Assembly (NCBI GenBank): GCA_027459725.1
Contig: DAIDHK010000002.1
Location: forward strand, 35,752-99,751
DNA from: Candidatus Levyibacteriota bacterium
GTDB taxonomy: Bacteria > Patescibacteriota > Microgenomatia > Levybacterales > UBA12049
DNA length: 64,000 nt
Reading direction: 5' to 3'
In this document: in pieces, positions 29,703-39,133 of the stretch
Layout: the number at the start of each line of letters is the position of its first letter
Numbering within the stretch: position 1 is the first letter of the stretch
Notes under the pieces: model-generated
Database searches by the model: none
Told to the model about the DNA's origin: nothing
Seen by the model: the letters and a program-made list of their open reading frames with translations, nothing else
Position numbers and translations under genes: made by a program

Positions 29703-30062
29703 ATAAAGATTAATTTGTATATATTCTTACTTTTGAAAATATATTATAAGTTCTATTTAAATTATGGGAATATATAAAAATACAAAAAATATTTTCAATA
29801 TATTAAACTACTCATAGATACGATACCACTGATAATAATCTACTAAACTAAACAATAATTTAAATGAAAGTTATATCGATAATGTATTAACTTGAGAGAA
29901 GTAAATTTTAAATAGCAAATAGTTTTTTTGTCTTAAGAATGCGGGGATTTCTAAGACATACGCTGTTTTTAGCTTCAATATCTACTATAAACACCTAATG
30001 ATAGGATATGCTTTTTCACAAATTATGTCAACTAGAGTATAATTATAATAAAGATTAATTAT

Positions 30063-30989
30063 ATGAGCTGGAACGAAGTTTTAAATGATTTTATTTTACA
30101 AGCACAACAAAATAACCTAAAAACTTCAACGTATCCAAAAGAGTGGGATAGCTTAAGATTGAGAATATCTTTTGGTATGGGAGCACCTGCAAGAATTCCT
30201 TGGGTTGCATTTGTAGCTCCTGATATGGAAGTTAGTAAAGGATTTTATCCGGTTTATTTGTATTATAAAGACTCAAATACCCTAATACTCTCGTACGGCA
30301 TAAGCGAAACAGAGGAATTTGGGAAATCTTGGCCTTCGGAAATAATGAGCTCCGCACAAACTATAACAGCTTATTTTGATAAAAAAGTTGCCAGATACGG
30401 AGACTCATTTGTTTTTAAAGCTTATAAAGTAAATGTTAAGGGAAATAAGGTTGAACTTGCTTATCCGGAAAGTAAAAAAGTTGCAAGTTCACAAGATATT
30501 GAATCAGATTTAGATACTCTTTTAGATTATTACAAAAATGCAGTTAACCTTAGTTCAAGTAGAATATCTCCTGAACTAAGTCAGGGTTTATTTTATATGG
30601 AAAAGCAATTAGAGGATTTTCTGATTGCTAACTGGCCACATACTGAACTTGGAAAGAAATTAGATTTAATAATTGAAGAAGGAGAATTATTAAGCCAACA
30701 ATATAAAACTGATTTAGGACCAATTGATATTTTAGCAAAGGATAAAAAAACCGGAAGTTATGTTGTAATTGAGCTTAAAAAGAACCAAACCAGTGATGAC
30801 ACCATTGGACAATTAGCTCGATATATGGGTTGGATAAGACTTAATAAGAAAGATGATAAAGTAAGAGGCATTATTATCGCCGGTCAATATGACAAAAAAT
30901 TAGATTATGCTTTAAAAATGGTTCCCAATACAGAGGTGTTTATTTATGAGGTTGATTTTAAATTAAACTCTTTTGAAAGAGTGTCATAA
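30063..30989 (+). CDS. DUF3578 (McrB-N-like modified-DNA recognition domain) fused to a NucS/DUF91-like PD-(D/E)xK nuclease domain; candidate modification-dependent (type IV-like) restriction endonuclease
   Basis: 308 aa. N-terminal half LRISFGMGAPARIPWVAFVAPDMEVSKGFYPVYLYYKDSNTLILSYGIS matches the DUF3578/MrcB_N pattern (SFGxG...IPWIAF...KGxYxVYLF...LSL). C-terminal half GPIDILAKDKKTGSYVVIELKK...IGQLARYMGW...VRGIIIAG matches the NucS C-terminal nuclease core (GxIDIL-x-D...VVIELK...Q...Y...RGILIA). Preceded by a ~360-bp AT-rich intergenic region. Confidence 0.6.
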   Translation: MSWNEVLNDFILQAQQNNLKTSTYPKEWDSLRLRISFGMGAPARIPWVAFVAPDMEVSKGFYPVYLYYKDSNTLILSYGISETEEFGKSWPSEIMSSAQTITAYFDKKVARYGDSFVFKAYKVNVKGNKVELAYPESKKVASSQDIESDLDTLLDYYKNAVNLSSSRISPELSQGLFYMEKQLEDFLIANWPHTELGKKLDLIIEEGELLSQQYKTDLGPIDILAKDKKTGSYVVIELKKNQTSDDTIGQLARYMGWIRLNKKDDKVRGIIIAGQYDKKLDYALKMVPNTEVFIYEVDFKLNSFERVS

Positions 30990-31227
30990 AAAAACGCTTT
31001 ATGTCGCACAATCAATGTAGTGCGACGCGAATTTGAGACTAGAGAGAAATTGTAAAAATAAGTTTGAGGCTAATTAACTTACTATGAGTTATAGATTTTA
31101 ATGTTGTTTCTTTTACCAAGATTCTTGTAATTCGCCAACTATTTACGAATTATGGAATATATGCCAGAATCTGAACAGGAAATATATTCCAGACTTAGCT
31201 TCAGCTTTGAAGCTAGATAGATGAATT

Positions 31228-31605
31228 ATGGAAGAACTAATACTTAAAGCTGGAACATTAGGATTTAGTGTATTAGTTTATTCGAATAGGATTGAATATA
31301 AGCCTATTTTTGGCAAAAATATTATTCCTCTTAACAAAATAAACGATATTGAAACTCCTCCAGTTTGGGGCACAAGCTGGGTAAACATAGTCTTAAATAG
31401 CGGAGAGAAAATTCAGCTTACAGTAGGCACGAATAATGTTAAGAAATTTGTTAGTGTCGTCTCTGGACTATTAGAACAAAACAGCAACCCCAAAGCCCCT
31501 ACAAACACCCTAGATGACCTTGAAAAACTGTCTAAGTTGAAAGATAAGGGAATTATTACTCAAAAAGAATTTGATAAGAAGAAAAAACAACTTCTAAACC
31601 TCTAA
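31228..31605 (+). CDS. SHOCT-domain protein with N-terminal PH-like domain
   Basis: 125 aa. C-terminus LEKLSKLKDKGIITQKEFDKKKKQLL is the SHOCT pattern. Nested inverted repeats lie upstream (31153-31190 and 31196-31215). Confidence 0.5.
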   Translation: MEELILKAGTLGFSVLVYSNRIEYKPIFGKNIIPLNKINDIETPPVWGTSWVNIVLNSGEKIQLTVGTNNVKKFVSVVSGLLEQNSNPKAPTNTLDDLEKLSKLKDKGIITQKEFDKKKKQLLNL

Positions 31606-31614
31606 TTCCAGATT

Positions 31615-32070
31615 TTGTCCGACGCTAAAATCGACTCGCGATATAATTGTATTATGGATACGAACACAGTTGGCAAACCAGCGCTAACTCAGGAACAAAT
31701 TGATGAAGTATTCCGCAAAATAGAACCTTATCTTAAAACCGGAGTAAGTCTTAATAAAGCTTGTCTTTCTGCTGGAATTGCAAAATCAACGGCTTACGAT
31801 TTATATAGAGAAAATGAGTCATTTGCGGAAAAAGTTGATACAGCTAGAAACTATTGCTCAATTCTTGCAAATAGCGTATTTTTAAAGTCTCTTGAGAGAA
31901 TAAATTCAATTGCCGGAACAAGAGAATTAACAGATGGAGAGCTAAAACTACTTGAATGGCTGATTGCCCTACCAATATTCCTTCACGTTTCAACTCCTCC
32001 TGAATCTCATACTTTGACTTCTCAAGATCAGATACTCGTATATCATAAACTCTTTGTTGTATCCACTTAG
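31615..32070 (+). CDS. HTH-domain protein (3' part probably spurious read-through into the transposase fragment)
   Basis: 151 aa. Predicted HTH GVSLNKACLSAGIAKSTAYDLYRE. The C-terminal ~40 codons overlap the antisense transposase ORF. Confidence 0.4.
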   Translation: MSDAKIDSRYNCIMDTNTVGKPALTQEQIDEVFRKIEPYLKTGVSLNKACLSAGIAKSTAYDLYRENESFAEKVDTARNYCSILANSVFLKSLERINSIAGTRELTDGELKLLEWLIALPIFLHVSTPPESHTLTSQDQILVYHKLFVVST

Positions 32071-32350
32071 GTGTCGTCATCTCTCGCACTTTATGTGGCC
32101 TTCGTGTGTGTTTATCATCCTCCAATGTCTGAAGATTCCGTGGATTGTATCTCTTCTTCCAGCGATAAAATACACTTTTTGATATTCCAAAATGTCGACA
32201 CGTTCCCTCTGCATTTTTATCATGACTGAAATACCAATCAATCCAGAGCAAACGTCTCTGTGCATCTTTAGAAAGCTGTGCCGCTTGAATAACTGGGACT
32301 GGTAATATGTTGTAGTGACGCATAACTGCGTCATTGTATCGTTTGGACAA
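31844..32350 (-). mobile_element. Truncated IS transposase, N-terminal HTH only (IS481/IS3-like), no DDE domain
   Basis: CRHFGISKSVFYRWKKRY is the classic transposase HTH. DDKHTRRPHKVREMTTPKWIQQRVYDIR...GQSAIQVVLALH follows. No catalytic rve region downstream; its 3' part is out-of-frame read-through. Confidence 0.5.
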
Positions 32351-32459
32351 TTTACTCTCAACCGTTCTTTATCTATCCCAACCTAGACAAATAGAAGCTT
32401 GGATTTCTCTAAGCCTCTATTCAACTTCCCCAGTGTTCCCCTAATGGTTTCTCGCTGCC

Positions 32460-32490
32460 AATAAAAAAACACCTTTTTACAGGTGTTTCG
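32460..32490 (-). terminator. Rho-independent terminator downstream of ftsZ
   Basis: Stem aacacct / aggtgtt (32468-32474 and 32481-32487) with a 6-nt loop. On the minus strand it is followed by TTTTTTTATT. Confidence 0.6.
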
Positions 32491-32511
32491 CGTAAATCGT
32501 AGCTAATTAGA

Positions 32512-33753
32512 CTAGTTTTTTTGTCTTAGAAATGCAGGGATGTCCCAGGCATCTTCATCAGAAGCTTCTTCTGATCCATTCTGCTTAGGAGTTGTTGCTT
32601 GATTGTTATTACCATTATTATTCATTGCATTCCCATTATTCAAGAATGGGTTAGGTAACGTTTGGTTATTGTTTGTATTTTGAGAAGAAGCTGAATTATT
32701 ATTTTGTTGAGACTGAGGAGCCGACTGGGCTTTTTCTTCAGTTATCCAACGATTAGCTGGAGGCACCATAAATTGCTGTAAATGCTGTTTGGAGTTATCA
32801 AAACCCGTTGCTACTACAGTGATACGCATAGAACTATTCATCGTCTCATCGATAGTAGCACCAAAAATAATATTGGCATCTGGATCAGCAGAACTAGCAA
32901 TAATTTTAGCCGCTTCATCTACTTCTGTCATTGTTAAGTCACTACCACCTACGATATTAAATAATACCCCTCGCGCTCCCTCCATAGAAATCTCTAAAAG
33001 AGGTGAGGCAATAGCAGCACGTGCAGCTGCTTGAGCACGATTCTCACCATCAGCTATACCAATACCCATGAGAGTAGAGCCTGCGTTAGCCATAATAGCT
33101 TTCACATCGGCAAAATCAACATTAATCAAACCGGGAAGTGTAATAATCTCTGAAATACCCTGTACACCTTGATTCAAAACAGAATCAGCTACTTTAAAAG
33201 CCTCTAACAATGATAATTTTCGATCAACTACATCCAGTATTCGCTGATTAGGAATCACAATTAATGTATCAACTTTATCTTTAATATTTTCAATTCCTTC
33301 TTCTGCAGCGACCATACGACGTGTACCTTCAAATGAAAACGGCTTGGTTACTACGGCCACGGTTAGCGCTCCTACCTCTTTAGCTATTTGGGCGACTACT
33401 GGGGCAGCCCCTGTTCCTGTTCCTCCACCCATCCCGGCTGTGATAAAAACCATATCAGATCCTTGTAAGGTTTGTTTAATTTTTTCTGCTGACTCTTCAG
33501 CAGCTTGACGTCCAGTTTCTGGATCTCCCCCTGAACCTAATCCCTTGGTATATTGTTCTCCTATTTGAATTTTGGTTTCAGAATTATTACGCAATAATGC
33601 CTGGGCATCTGTATTCATTGCCACGAAATCAACTCCTTGAATATTTCCGTTGGCAATCATTGAGTTGACAGCATTTCCACCACCACCACCTACTCCTATA
33701 ACTCTGATTTTGGCGAAATTTGAAGTTTGAGGTCGTATCAGCATGTTGCACAA
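32512..33753 (-). CDS. ftsZ: Cell division GTPase FtsZ
   Basis: 413 aa. GGGGGNAVN and tubulin signature [15 protein letters not shown]-rich disordered linker, then the C-terminal peptide DIPAFLR. Confidence 0.95.
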   Translation of the reverse strand: MCNMLIRPQTSNFAKIRVIGVGGGGGNAVNSMIANGNIQGVDFVAMNTDAQALLRNNSETKIQIGEQYTKGLGSGGDPETGRQAAEESAEKIKQTLQGSDMVFITAGMGGGTGTGAAPVVAQIAKEVGALTVAVVTKPFSFEGTRRMVAAEEGIENIKDKVDTLIVIPNQRILDVVDRKLSLLEAFKVADSVLNQGVQGISEIITLPGLINVDFADVKAIMANAGSTLMGIGIADGENRAQAAARAAIASPLLEISMEGARGVLFNIVGGSDLTMTEVDEAAKIIASSADPDANIIFGATIDETMNSSMRITVVATGFDNSKQHLQQFMVPPANRWITEEKAQSAPQSQQNNNSASSQNTNNNQTLPNPFLNNGNAMNNNGNNNQATTPKQNGSEEASDEDAWDIPAFLRQKN

Positions 33754-33885
33754 ATCCTAGCAGATAGAAAGTCCAATTGCAAGCGAAGTAAAACCAACCT
33801 CCGAACAAATGATAAACATAAAAAGAGATCTAACTAGAAGTTGTACTTATTATAAGTTTACCATTAGAACTATGCAACTTTAATT

Positions 33886-35190
33886 TTATGGCATGAATGA
33901 TTTAATTAAGGAAAAGATCTTTTTAACTAATTTCTTACTTCCACCTAATGACAGGCCCATCTTAAAGTTACCAAGATTTAGACTCTTGCCACCTGTGCTC
34001 TCTCCTCCAGTTGTCGATAAAGTCAAACCAATCACACTAGCAAAAGCAGGACTCTGCACTTCATCAATGATACCTTTAATATTATTAGGACCTCCCGTTC
34101 TTACTGGCATCGCCAATACACGTTTAGCTGATTCTTTTACGCCTACTGTCAATGCACCCCCACCTGTAATTACGATTCCAGCCGGAGTCTGTCCACCAAA
34201 ACCACTCTTTTTAATTTCAAGCCCTATCATAGTAAAAATTTCATTCAAACGAGGACGAATGATTCCTTCTATTAAAGTTTTTTGTGACACCATGCGCAAT
34301 TCTTCCGGCAAATTCAAACTGGACAAGTCGATTTCATCTGATGGTCTTTCTCTCCTTTTACCCTCAACAGCCACTTCTTCCACTTGTACTTGTCTGGCGC
34401 GCTTATTAGCCAAATGAGTAAGATATAGTTTGATTTTTTCTGCACTTTCCAATGAAATACGCAAACCAATTGCTAAATCATTAGTAATATGCCTTGCTCC
34501 AATTGCCAACACAGAAGAGTAAGAAATAGATCCTTCTGTATAGATAGAAATATCTGTAGTTGCAGCACCGATATCAACCAGAATAACACCCAATTCTTTT
34601 TCTGTATCAGTCAGAACCGACTGAGAACTAGAATATCCATTAAAAACAAAATTTGTCACATCAACACCTACTTCTGAGAAGGCCTTTTCCAGATTACGTA
34701 CAGAAATACTATTAGCAGATATAATATGCGTGTCAACTTCTAGGCGAACACCGGACATGCCAATAGGATCTTTAATCCCCTCTTGACCATCTACAATATA
34801 GTTACGAGGTAAAACATGAATAATTTCACGAGTAGAAGGCATAGAGATAGCTCGTGCAGCATCAATAACTCTAGCTAAGTCGTTTTCAGTAATCTCACCA
34901 TTTTGATTTGCCACCGCAACTACACCCCGAGAATTCTGCGATTCAATCTGACTTCCTCCAATAGAAACTACTACATGAGATGCCGAATATCCAGCCATTC
35001 TCTCCGCAGCTTCTAAAGATGTATTGATAGCATTTACTGCATCTTCAATATCCACTATTTGCCCTTTTCGTATTCCTGCAGATTTGACTTCAGATACTCC
35101 TAAAACATTTATTGATTCATCAACTCTTACGATTACACTAACAATCTTATAGCTTCCTACATCTATAGCAACAACAATTTTACCTTCCAT
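33886..35190 (-). CDS. ftsA: Cell division protein FtsA
   Basis: 434 aa actin-like ATPase (VAIDVGSYKI..., DIGAATTDISIY). Immediately upstream of ftsZ. Confidence 0.9.
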   Translation of the reverse strand: MEGKIVVAIDVGSYKIVSVIVRVDESINVLGVSEVKSAGIRKGQIVDIEDAVNAINTSLEAAERMAGYSASHVVVSIGGSQIESQNSRGVVAVANQNGEITENDLARVIDAARAISMPSTREIIHVLPRNYIVDGQEGIKDPIGMSGVRLEVDTHIISANSISVRNLEKAFSEVGVDVTNFVFNGYSSSQSVLTDTEKELGVILVDIGAATTDISIYTEGSISYSSVLAIGARHITNDLAIGLRISLESAEKIKLYLTHLANKRARQVQVEEVAVEGKRRERPSDEIDLSSLNLPEELRMVSQKTLIEGIIRPRLNEIFTMIGLEIKKSGFGGQTPAGIVITGGGALTVGVKESAKRVLAMPVRTGGPNNIKGIIDEVQSPAFASVIGLTLSTTGGESTGGKSLNLGNFKMGLSLGGSKKLVKKIFSLIKSFMP

Positions 35191-35213
35191 AATTCTTTAA
35201 AAAAATATAATTA

Positions 35214-35666
35214 TCAAAATAATATCACAGGTTTCTCATCGCGCAAATCGAGGCGAGAAAACCTCTTCCCTTCCATTGTAAGACGTGACGTTATAAGTTG
35301 TAAAGAGGCTATTTGCATAGACAGGTCAGTTTGCGGGTCAATCACTACTTTTTCATCTCCATCTATTGTAATAATATAAGTCGCATCATCAACTTTATTA
35401 ATACTATCATAATTTATCTTATTTTGGTTAAGTAAATTCTCAATTTCAGACTGTACATCAATTACAGAAGGAGTTTTATTACTGGCCAAATTAACTTTCA
35501 ACATGGACATAGGAGAAATGTAGGGGCTTTTATGTAAAAATAAGTAAACGCTCCCACAAAAGGACGTAACAATCACTAATACACCCAATGAACATGAGAA
35601 AAAAAATAATCGTTTATTACGCGATTCAATTTTTCGATTTTTGACTGGCTTTTTTTTCATATACAC
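35214..35666 (-). CDS. Short FtsQ/DivIB-like cell division protein
   Basis: 150 aa with an N-terminal TM helix. Occupies the ftsQ slot between murG and ftsA. Overlaps murG by 41 nt. Confidence 0.5.
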   Translation of the reverse strand: MYMKKKPVKNRKIESRNKRLFFFSCSLGVLVIVTSFCGSVYLFLHKSPYISPMSMLKVNLASNKTPSVIDVQSEIENLLNQNKINYDSINKVDDATYIITIDGDEKVVIDPQTDLSMQIASLQLITSRLTMEGKRFSRLDLRDEKPVILF

Positions 35667-36759
35667 TCTTAACTATCTCATACATTTTTTTGCTAGCATT
35701 AAGATGAAGATCTAAATTTACATTTTTTATCTTAAAAGATGCTAAATTCTCCATGATCTTTTCTATTAGAGAAACAAAAACATCCTTAGTAGCTTCATCT
35801 TGAAGGAGTATCTGAGCTAATCCAACGTTTTTCAGATAAATGGCATTTTCTAATTGTTCTCCATGCTGACCGTTTTCTAAAGGAATTAGTAAGCAGGGTT
35901 TATTCAGTAACAATAACTCAGTCATGGTATTTCCACCACAACGACCAATGATTAAGTCACTACGTATATAAACATCTGCAATTTTCTCAGGCTTAATGAA
36001 CTCATATAACTCATAATTTTTAGCTAAATCTTTAGAAAATTTGCTTTTAATTTCTGTTAATCTTTCAAAATCTTTGAATTGCTGATTGTTACCTGTCTGA
36101 TGAATAACTATATACTTTTTAAGTAATTCTTCTAAACTATTTTCAATTATCAAATTAATTGCGTGTGAACCGGAGCTTCCTCCTGTAACATATATGACCT
36201 TTTTGCCAATATGTTTTTTCTGACTTTTATAAACTGTATCGAACATATTTATAATTTCATTTCTTATTAAATTACCCGTTAGAATACTTCTTTTTTTAGG
36301 AAAATATTTAAACGAAGAGTCCCATGAAAGACAAATTTTTTCCGCAAAGCGACTAATCAGTTTATTTGCCATACCCGCCTTAGTTGTCTGTTCATGTATA
36401 ACTACGGGAATTCTTAAGGATCTTGCTGCTAAACATACTGGAACAGATAAGTACCCACCAAAACCCACCACAACCGATGGTCTATAACGCATTAAGATAC
36501 TTAATGCCTGTAAATATCCATAAGGGAATTTGCTAGCAGAAGAAAATGTATGACGAGTAAATCTTCTTTGCAATCTGCCGGTTGTTAGAGAAAAAAATCT
36601 GATCCTTTCCTGTTGCATAGTTGTATATTCCAGAGATAATGACTTATCTCCTTCAAAAGTGTATTTTTTACCTATGAAGATTATTTCATCTTTAGGAGAG
36701 ATTTGCTGCAAAAACGCCAAAGCTGGCGATAAGTGACCACCGATTATAGCTATTTTCAT
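35626..36759 (-). CDS. murG: UDP-GlcNAc:lipid I N-acetylglucosaminyltransferase MurG
   Basis: 377 aa. MKIAIIGGH N-terminus and the GGSSGSHAIN donor-binding motif. dcw context. Confidence 0.85.
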   Translation of the reverse strand: MKIAIIGGHLSPALAFLQQISPKDEIIFIGKKYTFEGDKSLSLEYTTMQQERIRFFSLTTGRLQRRFTRHTFSSASKFPYGYLQALSILMRYRPSVVVGFGGYLSVPVCLAARSLRIPVVIHEQTTKAGMANKLISRFAEKICLSWDSSFKYFPKKRSILTGNLIRNEIINMFDTVYKSQKKHIGKKVIYVTGGSSGSHAINLIIENSLEELLKKYIVIHQTGNNQQFKDFERLTEIKSKFSKDLAKNYELYEFIKPEKIADVYIRSDLIIGRCGGNTMTELLLLNKPCLLIPLENGQHGEQLENAIYLKNVGLAQILLQDEATKDVFVSLIEKIMENLASFKIKNVNLDLHLNASKKMYEIVKSVYEKKASQKSKN

Positions 36760-36786
36760 AGATATGTTAAATATTATAAACTACTT

Positions 36787-37863
36787 TCATCTCTTTTCTA
36801 CACTTGAAGAGATGTTAAGCAGTATACCAATTGCCACTAAATCTACTACTAAAGCTGATCCTCCATATGAGACAAAGGGCAATGGAACGCCAGTTAAGGG
36901 CAGTAAAGCTGTCATGGATGCCATATTAATCAACACCTGAATTCCAATAAAGACTGTTATACCCGCTGCTAATAACTTACCAAATGGATCCTTAGCTTTA
37001 CCAGCGATCATAAATCCTCTCCAAATAAAAACGACATAAACCAAAATTAAAACAAAGCATCCTAAATAGCCCAATTCTTCAGCGATAATAGCAAAGATTG
37101 AGTCTGTAACATTTTCAGGCAAATAAGCATATTTTTGTAGAGAATTACCCAGTCCCAAGCCAAAAATACCACCTGACCCGAATGCAATTAATATCTGTTT
37201 CATATGATAAGAAGCTGATGAGATTGAATTATCTACTGATAGAAATGATGTCAAACGTGCAGCCCGGTAAGGAGCAATTTTTATTAAGAGAAAACCTACA
37301 ACCGCAAGAATCGGTGCCACTACATAAAAATATTTTACATCCCCTCCCGATAAAACATATATTGTCATTGCCTCTGCAAAAATAATCATGCCAGTTCCCA
37401 TATCAGGTTGTAACATGATTAACAACATAACAAAGCCAATTAATAAACTGAATGCCAGAAATCTTCCTTTTTCTTTCTGAGAAAACCATGCCGCTAAATA
37501 AATAGCCAATGAAAGCTTAACGAATTCAGTGGGCTGAAAAACAAATATATGAAGATTTATCCAGCGGCTAGCTCCTAATTCATTTATACCTACCCCAGGA
37601 ATAAACACCAAAATTAACATCAAGATTGAAGCCACAAGAAGAATAGGAGAAAAATTAAAAAAGAACTTATAGTTAATTTTAGTAAAAATAAACAACAAAA
37701 TTATTCCCATCAAAGCCCATATTAATTGTTCACGGATATAATGGAATGAATCACCGTGAAAATCTCTAAAAGCAATAACTGACGAGGCATCATAAATCAT
37801 CAACAAACCGAAAAGAGTTAAGCCTATTGTTATTAGCAGCAAGAATGAATCAATTTTTTTCAT
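36787..37863 (-). CDS. ftsW: SEDS-family peptidoglycan glycosyltransferase FtsW
   Basis: 358 aa polytopic membrane protein. dcw position between mraY and murG. Confidence 0.85.
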   Translation of the reverse strand: MKKIDSFLLLITIGLTLFGLLMIYDASSVIAFRDFHGDSFHYIREQLIWALMGIILLFIFTKINYKFFFNFSPILLVASILMLILVFIPGVGINELGASRWINLHIFVFQPTEFVKLSLAIYLAAWFSQKEKGRFLAFSLLIGFVMLLIMLQPDMGTGMIIFAEAMTIYVLSGGDVKYFYVVAPILAVVGFLLIKIAPYRAARLTSFLSVDNSISSASYHMKQILIAFGSGGIFGLGLGNSLQKYAYLPENVTDSIFAIIAEELGYLGCFVLILVYVVFIWRGFMIAGKAKDPFGKLLAAGITVFIGIQVLINMASMTALLPLTGVPLPFVSYGGSALVVDLVAIGILLNISSSVEKR

Positions 37864-37918
37864 CTTTATCCATTATAAAGAGGATCGAAGCCAGCAACAA
37901 GTGTGAAGAAAGTTTATA

Positions 37919-38986
37919 CTAAGGCTGTCCAATAAAAGCAATATATAGACCTAAAATGGCAAAAAATATTCCTACCAGCCATACCCGCATAACAATTTTG
38001 GGTTCTTCCCATCCCTTTTTTAGCAACCACAAATGTAATGGAGCAGCTGGAAAAACCTTTCTCCCCCAATATTTTTTACTTAATACCTGAATTAAAGAAG
38101 AGGCAATTTCAATAACAAATACTCCACCAATAACCATCAAGGCTAATGTTTTTCCGCTAAGCAGACCTATAACAGCTAGTGACGCACCCAAAGATAAAGA
38201 ACCAACATCACCCAACCAAATTCTTGCTTTGAAAATATTGAAATATAGAAAAGCCATCGTCGAACCAATCAAGACTGCTATAAATATACCCAGCGGTTGA
38301 TCAACTTGCTGCATACTAATGGTCAAAAAAGCCAACAAACAAATCAACAATAATCCTGGAGCCAAACCATCCAAACCATCGGTAACATTAAAAGCATTAG
38401 CAAAAGAAACAATAATAAGAGCAGCAAAAGGAATAAAGAAGAACTCTAATCGTAGTGTACCGAATCCATGAATAAAAATGAAAGCATACTTAAGCTGAGT
38501 ATAAAATATGGTGGCAATAATCAATGCTAAAATCCATTGAATGATAAACTTATGACGAAAACGCAGTCCCCAAAAGGCATTCTTACTATCTACATTGACC
38601 AGTTTTTTCATATCGTCATACAATCCCAATAAACCAAAGCTTATCAGCGTGAAGAAAATTACAAATGCTTCCCAGGGATTGACCTGTATCCCCAAGATTC
38701 CATATGCCCATAGAGTGATAATGGACACTATTAAAATTATTAGAATTCCTCCACCAAAAGGAGTACCCACTTTCCAAGAATTATATTTGTCAAAAATAGG
38801 GGTATGATGATTAAACATGTCCCTCGTAACCTGTTTTTGTCTTTGCAATTTAATACGATACAAGAAGTCGATAAAAGGAACGATCAAAATGGCAGAAATT
38901 ACAAGTGAAAGTAAAATGAGTCCCAAAAATTGTGCCATAGTATTGCCTAACTTTCTAATTATACACTCGCTACTATCATAAAACAA
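37919..38986 (-). CDS. mraY: Phospho-N-acetylmuramoyl-pentapeptide transferase MraY
   Basis: 355 aa. NAFNVTDGLDGLA motif. Confidence 0.9.
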   Translation of the reverse strand: MFYDSSECIIRKLGNTMAQFLGLILLSLVISAILIVPFIDFLYRIKLQRQKQVTRDMFNHHTPIFDKYNSWKVGTPFGGGILIILIVSIITLWAYGILGIQVNPWEAFVIFFTLISFGLLGLYDDMKKLVNVDSKNAFWGLRFRHKFIIQWILALIIATIFYTQLKYAFIFIHGFGTLRLEFFFIPFAALIIVSFANAFNVTDGLDGLAPGLLLICLLAFLTISMQQVDQPLGIFIAVLIGSTMAFLYFNIFKARIWLGDVGSLSLGASLAVIGLLSGKTLALMVIGGVFVIEIASSLIQVLSKKYWGRKVFPAAPLHLWLLKKGWEEPKIVMRVWLVGIFFAILGLYIAFIGQP

Positions 38987-39133
38987 CTAATCTATGGCTA
39001 TCTTCAGATCAAATTTTCTCAAAAAATACATTACAGGGGGTATATTTTATGACTTATTATCTCGTGAAATTATATTATTATCACATTTAGAATTAAAAAT
39101 TTCATCCTTCTTGTTCTTTTATCAAAATAAACA

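Noticed and set aside
32077-32361. 94-aa minus ORF
   Set aside because: Alternative frame of the transposase HTH fragment.
33893-34417. 174-aa plus-strand ORF inside ftsA
   Set aside because: Antisense to a well-supported ftsA gene, with no motifs.
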